This document shows positions 1-7,372 of a stretch of DNA of 64,000 nt, in pieces. The position numbers and the translations under genes were made by a program. Position 1 is the stretch's first letter; every line of letters begins with the position of its first letter. The notes beneath the pieces are model-generated. The model made no database searches. It was not told where the DNA came from and was given only the letters and a program-made list of their open reading frames with translations. This stretch comes from Caecitellus pseudoparvulus (Eukaryota > Protista > Bigyra: Bicosoecida), in the NCBI GenBank assembly GCA_965644315.1, contig CBFFRQ010000180.1:1-64000 (forward strand), written 5' to 3'.

Positions 1-38
1 ATAAAATGTTTTTTTAATTTTTTTAAATATTTTTTTTC

Positions 39-42
39 TCTA
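39..42 (+). promoter_or_regulatory. TCTA late-promoter-like motif (representative copy)
   Basis: TCTA in AT-rich context ~9-16 nt before the ATG: 39-42, 924-927, 1518-1521 (+); TAGA at 2493-2496, 3578-3581, 4169-4172, 11650-11653, 13347-13350 (- strand genes). Matches the known CroV late/mavirus promoter core. Confidence 0.75.
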
Positions 43-52
43 GGTTTTTAAT

Positions 53-877
53 ATGGATAGATTCATTTTTAATTATAATGGTAATAAATATCTAGAAACA
101 AAGAAATATTTAAATGATTTTGTTGAAAATTCTAATTTTGATTATATTGCTGAACCTTGTGCCGGTATTTTTGGATTTAGTAGATATTATTTTTTAAAAC
201 ATAAAGATAATGATAATATTAAATTTTTAATTAATGATATTGACCCACGTATAATTAAATTTTATAATGATTTAAAAAATGATTTTGACGGAACATTAAA
301 TTATATTATTGATTATAAAAATAAATTATATGATGAATTAGAACTAAGCAAAGAAACAGACGATAAAAAATTAACTCAATATTTAAGAAAAAAAGAAAAT
401 AAAATAAAATATGAAAATTATTTATTAAAATTAATATCTTCTAAATGTCTTGGTATTTGTGGAATTGATAAATTTGAAACAAAAATAAACAATTTCTTAA
501 AAAAGAAAGACGATTATATTAAAATGTTTTCAAAATGTGAATTTTCTAATTTAGAACTTAACGATTTTTTAAAACAAACTAAAAAGAAATATAAAAATAA
601 AAAAATATTATATTATTTTGACCCCCCTTATTTTAATTCTTGTAATACTGAATACGCATACACTTTCAAAGGAAAAGATAAAAAAATAAAATATACTGAC
701 GGGACAACTATCTATTTAGATATATATAAATTTATGAATGATAATAAAAATTGTTTATTTGTTATGAATAAAATTGACGTTTTAAATTACATTTTTAAAA
801 AATTCTATTATGAAGAATACGGGGGAATTTATCAAATTAATAAAAATAAAAAAGTTCATATTATATATAAATCATAA
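53..877 (+). CDS. N6-adenine DNA methyltransferase, Dam/D12 class (element A)
   Basis: YNGNK (motif X), EPCAG (motif I), INDID (motif II), YFDPPY (motif IV). Confidence 0.88.
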   Translation: MDRFIFNYNGNKYLETKKYLNDFVENSNFDYIAEPCAGIFGFSRYYFLKHKDNDNIKFLINDIDPRIIKFYNDLKNDFDGTLNYIIDYKNKLYDELELSKETDDKKLTQYLRKKENKIKYENYLLKLISSKCLGICGIDKFETKINNFLKKKDDYIKMFSKCEFSNLELNDFLKQTKKKYKNKKILYYFDPPYFNSCNTEYAYTFKGKDKKIKYTDGTTIYLDIYKFMNDNKNCLFVMNKIDVLNYIFKKFYYEEYGGIYQINKNKKVHIIYKS

Positions 878-936
878 AGATAAATAAATTATTAAAGACA
901 GGTAAATAAAAAAATAAAAAATCTCTAGTATAATAT

Positions 937-1500
937 ATGAATTTAGAAACAGGATTAATGGTAGGCGGCGCCCTAGTATCTTTAGGCGTTAAAAGCTCTT
1001 ATAATTGTTGGAAAAATGGAAGAGCTAAAAAATTTAAAGCAGTAAAATTTGGGGCTGTCGTGATGAGCTCTAAAACTGGCAAATCGAAAATGTGTAGTCA
1101 ACTTAAAGGAAATAATAAAGTTCTTTTAGTAGATGTTGGCGAAAGTGTGCCACGTGAAAACTCAGTAAATTCTAACGTAAATTATTTAGTAAAAGCTAAA
1201 GAATATGTTAATAAACTTAGAAAAGATTTAAAAGACCACTCATTATTATTAGTTGTTTCTTCTATTGATGAGGCTAAATTTCTTGGTGTTGAAGATAAAG
1301 CAATCGTATGCTTAACCCCTTCGAATGATTTATTTAGAAAAATCACGCAAAATATCCCCGCTGATGAATTAAAAAAAGTTGAATCTAACAGATTAGAATT
1401 AATCAGCAGCTGCGGTCAAGATTTATTAAATATCTTTTCTTCTTATGATGAATTATATAATGTTATTAAAGCTACTTTCAAATTATCAAATAAATTTTAG
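937..1500 (+). CDS. Hypothetical viral protein with degenerate P-loop-like motif (element A)
   Basis: Intact in both elements; hydrophobic N-terminus; AVVMSSKTGKS followed by VLLVD; TCTA upstream. Confidence 0.7.
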   Translation: MNLETGLMVGGALVSLGVKSSYNCWKNGRAKKFKAVKFGAVVMSSKTGKSKMCSQLKGNNKVLLVDVGESVPRENSVNSNVNYLVKAKEYVNKLRKDLKDHSLLLVVSSIDEAKFLGVEDKAIVCLTPSNDLFRKITQNIPADELKKVESNRLELISSCGQDLLNIFSSYDELYNVIKATFKLSNKF

Positions 1501-1533
1501 ACCTAATAAAAATATATTCTAAGATGTTATAAT

Positions 1534-2001
1534 ATGGTTAATGTATGGATTCAAGCATTAAAAGAATATAATAAAGGTAATGGTGCCTGGTGTCTCCCAA
1601 GAAAAGGAACTAAAGAATATGAAAAAGTAAGGCAAATTATGGACGCTCTCAAAGGTGTTAAAACAAATCAAAAACAAAAAGAAGAGACAAATAATAAAAC
1701 GCCTAGTAAAGGAAGAATGGAATATTTAAAAAAAGCTAAAAGACAAGGTCTAATTAATGAACTTGACGATTTTTTAACAAGTGCTAGATACCATTTTATG
1801 AGTAAGCAGTCATTATATAAAGCACTAAAACAAATATTAAGCATAATTGATATCTACGGAGACGCCGGACCAACTGAAGGAGCACTAAAAACCGAGTATA
1901 ACAACGCATTTAATAAAATTAACGAACAAATATCAAAAATTAAAGGTGAGAGAAATAAACAAAAAGGAAAAGAAATTATTAATTCTATTCTACAAGTTTA
2001 A
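1534..2001 (+). CDS. Hypothetical basic viral protein, intact only in element A
   Basis: 155-aa ORF with TCTA upstream; only a decayed remnant at the equivalent site in B. Confidence 0.7.
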   Translation: MVNVWIQALKEYNKGNGAWCLPRKGTKEYEKVRQIMDALKGVKTNQKQKEETNNKTPSKGRMEYLKKAKRQGLINELDDFLTSARYHFMSKQSLYKALKQILSIIDIYGDAGPTEGALKTEYNNAFNKINEQISKIKGERNKQKGKEIINSILQV

Positions 2002-2035
2002 ATATATTTTTACACTGTCTATAAAAATATATTTA
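1999..2035. terminator. AT-rich hairpin between convergent gene blocks (candidate bidirectional 3'-end signal)
   Basis: TAAATATATTTTTA (1999-2012) / TAAAAATATATTTA (2022-2035), a perfect 14-bp stem; 12-bp stem kept in B at 11143-11179 with a different loop. Confidence 0.55.
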
Positions 2036-2482
2036 TATTTTAATCTTTTCAATTGGTTTTAGTTCTGTTATGGGTATTTCTAAATGAAGTTTATTTATAT
2101 CTCTGTCAAATCTTTGAATAAATCTTTTTTTGAATGTATCAAATAATTTTGATTTATACTTAATGTAATATAAACCATTTGTGAAATTGAATAAAAAATA
2201 AAAACGTTTCTTAGGATGTTGTAATTTAGCAGCTTTTATATGTCTTATCTTTTCTATATTTATTATTGTTGTTGAGTATTTATCATATGTATTATTTCTG
2301 CTTTTCAATTCTATATTATATTTTTCGTCTTGGGTTGTAAAATCAAAAGGAGAATATAAACTTTTAGTTTTGTAAAATGTGTGTTTGGTTGTTTTGTTTA
2401 TTGTTTCTAATACTTGAACTTCTTTTTCTAAACCCTCTTTTAAACTTTTTTCAATGCTCCTTAAATCACGGTGAGACTTCAT
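2033..2482 (-). CDS. PD-(D/E)xK-family endonuclease-like protein (element A)
   Basis: Helix with E, then PFDF...NIELKSR and YFLFNFTNGLYY; homologue in B; ATG overlaps the integrase stop. Confidence 0.7.
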   Translation of the reverse strand: MKSHRDLRSIEKSLKEGLEKEVQVLETINKTTKHTFYKTKSLYSPFDFTTQDEKYNIELKSRNNTYDKYSTTIINIEKIRHIKAAKLQHPKKRFYFLFNFTNGLYYIKYKSKLFDTFKKRFIQRFDRDINKLHLEIPITELKPIEKIKI

Positions 2483-3567
2483 TATAAAGCCCTAGAAAAT
2501 ATATTTAATGATTTATTTTTTTCTAGAGTTTTTTTATACTTTTTCACTAAATCAGGAACCTGAGAATTTATGCGCCGGGCTAGTTCATATGTTTGCTTTT
2601 TGTATCCCTTCCATTTTATACGATAATATTTTTTATTCTTTATCTTCTTCTCTCCTGTTATTTTTTCTACTTCATATCGTTTATTATCTTCTATTTCTTC
2701 TGGTTTATCTTGTTCTTTTGGATTATATAAAAGTTGATTTCGTGTGTATCCTGTATTATCTATACCTTCAATCGTATATATTGGCGGTTGTCCTGGTGTA
2801 ATTAGAACACCGTCTATTTTTCTTAAATTGTTTTCATATCTAAAATCACCCGTTCTAAATGTTCCGTGTAATCTTTGACCGTCTATATTTTGTGGATAAT
2901 CTAAAATGATTTTTACTAAATCGCCACGTTTCAATATGTCTTTTGGTATATGTGGCATTTTGAAAAATTCTTTAATTCCTATTTTTGGTCGTTTTAAAAT
3001 TATTTCATTATATAATTTCATTATTTCTGGTATAGTTTCTACCCATTCTTTATTTTCTTGTTTATGGATTAGCTCAAAGTTTTTTTGCTTTAGTGCTATG
3101 ATACGCCCTAACGTTTTATTTAATGCTTCAACGACTGCTGTTTGCCTATGTCTTGCAACTCTTGAATTTTTCAACGTTGCATTATCTGAACTCTCAAAAT
3201 ATTTTTTAACATATCCTTTAAATTCTTTGCCATCATCTGTTTTAAATATCACGGATGGAGGATTTAAATATTTTCGTTTCCATATTCTCTTTAACGCTTT
3301 TAATACGGTTTTGCTTTCTTTATTTTTTAATGGCTCAGCGTCTGCGGCTTTTGTTGCTACATCAATAATAACTAGTAAATATTTATAGCCTTTATCCTCG
3401 GGTAAATATAACAAATCACCTTGTTGAATACTATCTTTAATTAATGCTTTATGTTTTGGTATCTCTTCGCCTTTGTCTTTCTTTGGAGGTTTGGTTAATG
3501 TTGTTAATTCTGATTTTTTAGAATCTTTAAAAATTTTCAATTCTTCCAAAATCTTATCTGATATCAT
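2482..3567 (-). CDS. rve-family (retroviral-type DDE) integrase with C-terminal chromodomain (element A)
   Basis: QGDL...YLLVIIDVAT, TDDGKEF and AVVEALNKTL give the D-D-E triad; YEVEKI...YYRIKWKGY chromodomain; same architecture as mavirus/Polinton integrases. Confidence 0.95.
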   Translation of the reverse strand: MISDKILEELKIFKDSKKSELTTLTKPPKKDKGEEIPKHKALIKDSIQQGDLLYLPEDKGYKYLLVIIDVATKAADAEPLKNKESKTVLKALKRIWKRKYLNPPSVIFKTDDGKEFKGYVKKYFESSDNATLKNSRVARHRQTAVVEALNKTLGRIIALKQKNFELIHKQENKEWVETIPEIMKLYNEIILKRPKIGIKEFFKMPHIPKDILKRGDLVKIILDYPQNIDGQRLHGTFRTGDFRYENNLRKIDGVLITPGQPPIYTIEGIDNTGYTRNQLLYNPKEQDKPEEIEDNKRYEVEKITGEKKIKNKKYYRIKWKGYKKQTYELARRINSQVPDLVKKYKKTLEKNKSLNIFSRAL

Positions 3568-3600
3568 TAATAATATATAGATTAATATATTATTAGTAAT

Positions 3601-4158
3601 TTAAAATTTATGGTCTGGATATTCCTCTTTTAAGTATTTAATTAAATCTTCTTTTGTTTCATATCTTGTATAAAATCCGTTATTTTTAATTCTGGTTATC
3701 ATTTTAATAAAAAACTCATCTTTTAATAATTCTTTTAATTCATAAGATACCGTTTTTATATTCTTTGGTAGCTTGGGTAATATCTGAGATTTTAAAATAT
3801 AATGTTGTTGAACGAAAGCCTCCGGACAATTTGTCCCGAGTGTATCAATAATAAACTGCCGCTTGGGTAAATCATCAATATATAAATTTATAACTTCTAA
3901 TAAATCTATTAATTGTTCGAAGGTTTTAATTTTATTTTTAATATCTTCTGTTTCTGCTTCAACTTCTAATTTAACTTTTTCTAAATTCTCTAATTTGGTT
4001 TCTTTTCTGATTTTTATAGATGGTTCATTAAATATTGAGTAATAAAAGAAATACGAATAATCCTCAATTTTACAAAATTTATTTATTAATGAGTGATAAG
4101 AGTTTAACTCCCTCTTATGAATGCTTAATAATGTCTTTAGACTTTTTAAAGTTGTCAT
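3601..4158 (-). CDS. Hypothetical viral protein (element A)
   Basis: 185-aa ORF highly conserved with 12773-13330; TCTA motif upstream. Confidence 0.75.
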   Translation of the reverse strand: MTTLKSLKTLLSIHKRELNSYHSLINKFCKIEDYSYFFYYSIFNEPSIKIRKETKLENLEKVKLEVEAETEDIKNKIKTFEQLIDLLEVINLYIDDLPKRQFIIDTLGTNCPEAFVQQHYILKSQILPKLPKNIKTVSYELKELLKDEFFIKMITRIKNNGFYTRYETKEDLIKYLKEEYPDHKF

Positions 4159-4339
4159 TATATAAATTTAGAATATTTATTTTTTAAATTATTCTTTAAA
4201 TTTAAATAAATTAGTTTTAAGAAATATATTTTCTCTAGATTATTATATATATCAAGATGTAATTTTTATAGTGCATTAAATCAACGTTGTATCATAAGCC
4301 ATAATATCCATTTTTTATAAGTATTAAATAATATAATAT

Positions 4340-4876
4340 TTATAAAAAATCATCTTTTGAGACTGTTTCAAATAATCCTAATCTTTCGGCATTGTCTGGA
4401 TGATATACAACCGTTATTAATTCATCTAAAACATTTTTATATTTTACTTTGTGTTTTTCTTTATGTCTTAGAATTTTTATATATTCTTTTAATGTATTTG
4501 AAGACCATTTAAAATTATCAAATATTTCTATTAAATCATAAAAAAAAATGTTTTCTCTTTCTATTCCTTCGGCACTCCATTCCTTATCGGGATATTTAAA
4601 AAGCCAATCAATAGTAAAATTTTTAAATTTATGAAATATCTTAAAATTTAAATTACCATCATTATATTTATCTATTAGTTCTATTGTTAATCCTGATTTT
4701 TTTATATCCTTAATATCTTCAATTGTAATTTTTGAATTATCAGCCCCTTCTAATTTTGTAATTTCAATAAATTTCTCTCTTACGCATTCTATATTACCAC
4801 AACAACTTAATAAAATATCATCTTCTATATTATCACAGGTTATTATATCATAATATAAATTAAAATCAATATTCAT
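4340..4876 (-). CDS. Hypothetical protein with a PDKxW-type repeat and paralogous C-terminal domain (element A)
   Basis: KYPDKEW; C-terminus ...VYHPDNAERLGLF shared with 4903-5682 and 13562-14101. Confidence 0.75.
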   Translation of the reverse strand: MNIDFNLYYDIITCDNIEDDILLSCCGNIECVREKFIEITKLEGADNSKITIEDIKDIKKSGLTIELIDKYNDGNLNFKIFHKFKNFTIDWLFKYPDKEWSAEGIERENIFFYDLIEIFDNFKWSSNTLKEYIKILRHKEKHKVKYKNVLDELITVVYHPDNAERLGLFETVSKDDFL

Positions 4877-4902
4877 TATAGACCTATATAAAATAAAAAT
4901 CT

Positions 4903-5682
4903 TTAAACATTTATAAAAAAATCATCTTTTGAAACATTATCAAACAAGCCTAAACGTTCCGCATTATCTGGATGATAAACAATTGATAAGAATTCATCTA
5001 ATACATCTTTATATTTTATTTTGTGTTTTTCTTTATGTTCTTGAATTTGTTTATAATCATTTAATATTTTAGATGACCATTTAAAATGTGGAAATATTGA
5101 TATTAAATCATAAAAGAAACATTCTTTTTTTTCAATTAATGATATATCCCATTTTTTACGTGGATATTTATATAACCATTCTATATTAAAATTATCAGAT
5201 TTTGTCATAAGTCCAAAAATCCATTTTATATTTTGACATTCATTAACCCAGCTTATATCAAAATTATCATTATATAATAATTCGTTTTTGTCCCATTTAG
5301 CATCATAAAAATAATTTATTATATCACTATTTATAAAATTCAAACTTGAAAAATATTCAAAGTCCCATCCTTTATCAGGGTGTTTTTTAACAAATTCAAA
5401 ATCCTCTTTATTTTTTATAAATTGTGATAATGTGTAATAACACCAGTCTTTATCGGGATTTTTTTTTACAACTTCAAAACCCTCTTTAATTTTTTTATTT
5501 CTAATTCTTATTGATAATATTTTATAATCCCAGTCTTTATCGGGGTATTGTTTAACAAAATTAAAATCTAAATCTTCTTCTATTGCTGAAACCCATTCAT
5601 AATCCCATTTCTCGTTATGTGGGTCTTTTTTAATGGCTTCCATCTTATAATCCTCATTAACATATATAAAATAACCAGTCAT
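4903..5682 (-). CDS. Tryptophan-rich repeat protein (xPDKxWD repeats of giant-virus type), element A only
   Basis: QYPDKDWDY, KNPDKDWCY, KHPDKGWDF, KYPRKKWDI repeats; C-terminal domain paralogous to the neighbouring ORF. Confidence 0.75.
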   Translation of the reverse strand: MTGYFIYVNEDYKMEAIKKDPHNEKWDYEWVSAIEEDLDFNFVKQYPDKDWDYKILSIRIRNKKIKEGFEVVKKNPDKDWCYYTLSQFIKNKEDFEFVKKHPDKGWDFEYFSSLNFINSDIINYFYDAKWDKNELLYNDNFDISWVNECQNIKWIFGLMTKSDNFNIEWLYKYPRKKWDISLIEKKECFFYDLISIFPHFKWSSKILNDYKQIQEHKEKHKIKYKDVLDEFLSIVYHPDNAERLGLFDNVSKDDFFINV

Positions 5683-5712
5683 ATAATATACTAAATAAAA
5701 TATTTTTTCTTG

Positions 5713-6303
5713 AAACCCTTTTAAAATGTGAGAGAGTGTTTTTTATTATATATTCGCACACGCCCCACGCTATGTCTGATTTAGTGATTAAGTGATTTAG
5801 TGATTAAGTGTTAAGGGTTATAATGGATTTAGTGTTAAATGATATATGAATAAGTGATTTACAATGTATCTTTTTATTTTGTCATTTCGCCTCCTTTGAT
5901 TGTTTCTAAAATAGGGTGTTTGGATGGATGGTTGATTGCTTCAATTTTGTTTTGACTGATTGTCAGATAAGGGCTAAGAATAGTCTCAGAAAAAATATAT
6001 ATATATATATTTATTATATTTTTTATATTATTTCTATTTATTGTAGTGATAACCCTTAAGATAACACTTATAAAATAGTAGTAAAAAGTAAGTAAAAAAT
6101 ATATTAAAGGGTTTATAAGAGATTGTTTTTATAGGGATAGTGTCTAATAAGTGTTATAGATATAATATAAATATATCTAAGAATAATATTTATAGATATA
6201 GTCTAAAAATATAGTATAAAAATATATCTGTTTTTAGTCGCAAACTGCGGCAGCAGTTGAGACATATCGCTCATAAATTCATTTATGGATTTATTGTCCC
6301 CCT
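5713..6303. repeat. Non-coding right terminal region (probable terminal inverted repeat, ~590 bp) of element A
   Basis: No ORF; collinear with 14131-14454 + 32986-33125 + 36345-36480; ends in CT-3' as Polinton-type termini do (5'-AG...CT-3'). The partner TIR is outside the window, so the inner boundary is approximate. Confidence 0.7.
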
Positions 6304-7306
6304 AAGATTTACCACAAATCACACCACACAAACTGGATATACTTTCTCTTATTCTCCCGTAAGCTTAAACGGTCAAAACCCCTTTCAAAATGCCGCCGTA
6401 AATTGTGTTTTCCGTGCTCCTTCTCTTTCTCTACCTTTACCTAAACGTAGCGTAATTCCCTACTGTGAATACCCGCGATATGTCTCAACAAGCTCAGTAA
6501 CTGTAGCACCCGGAGCAAGTGTTAATTTACGTTCTCAAACTATCACACTTTCTCAAATCCCCGATCTGCTTGTTATTTATGCCAAACCTTCATTAACTGG
6601 CAATAATAATGTCGGCGATTATTATTTACCTGTGAAAGATATTAGATTGAATTTTAATAATGTATCCGGTATTTTATCTTCAATGACTACCCAGCAATTA
6701 TTCCACATTTCACAAAATAACGGATTAGATGTTGATTATAACGAATATTTAGGGCAAGCCTGGACTGGTCAAAATGGCAACGGTAAAATTGGTTTATCTG
6801 GTTCTTTCTTAATCCTCCGTCCTGGTGTTGATTTTGCTTTACCTGCGGGCACTTCTAGTGGTGTTGGTGGTAATTATACAATGCAATTTGATGTCAATTG
6901 TATTAATAATAGTGGTTTAACTGCTAATAACCCTATTTTATATACAATGGCTGTTAATTCTGGTTTCTTTATTAGTGAAAATGGCACAAGTGCTGTCACT
7001 ACTGCTCCACTTTCTGAAGCTGACGTTATTGAAGCACCTGTAAGCGGTGATACTATGAGCCTTACTCGTTATATTGGCGGTTCTAATTTCTGGAAAAAAT
7101 TGAATTCTGGTTTAAAATCCATTGTAAATAATGACGCATATAAAGCAGCCTCTAAATTAGGTAAAAGTGCTTTACGTGATGTAGGTATGGAAGGAAAAGT
7201 AGCAGCTGAAGTGCTTGATAAATTAGGGCTTGGTATAAATACAGGAGGTGGAAAAACTACAGGTGGAAGACGTAAAAAGAATAACCTTCAAAATTTATTA
7301 AATTAA
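6304..7306 (+). pseudogene. Virophage major capsid protein, 3' part only (gene interrupted at 6303/6304 by element A)
   Basis: RSVIPYCEYPRY, TITLSQIPDLLVIY, FNNVSGILSS, GSFLILRPG and GNYTMQFD motifs; RYIGG/S di-glycine maturation-like site; basic Gly-rich tail. Lacks the N-terminal part of a ~600-aa MCP and has no own ATG at the junction. Confidence 0.88.
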
Positions 7307-7372
7307 ATAATTTAATTTATTGTTTAAGAAATATTAAATAATAAAAAAAATAATATATGTTATATTAATAAT

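Larger units (their letters stand above)
1..6303. mobile_element. Endogenous virophage (Polinton/mavirus-like) element A, right-hand part; left part lies outside the window
   Basis: Very AT-rich and intronless; rve integrase with chromodomain; gene order collinear with 9546-14454, which is linked to a virophage MCP. Ends ...ATTGTCCCCCT at 6303, the same end as at 36480, where similarity between the copies stops. Confidence 0.9.

Noticed and set aside
6257-6303. N-terminus of the listed 349-aa ORF
   Set aside because: It starts at a TTG inside element A's terminus and is fortuitous read-through into the MCP fragment.
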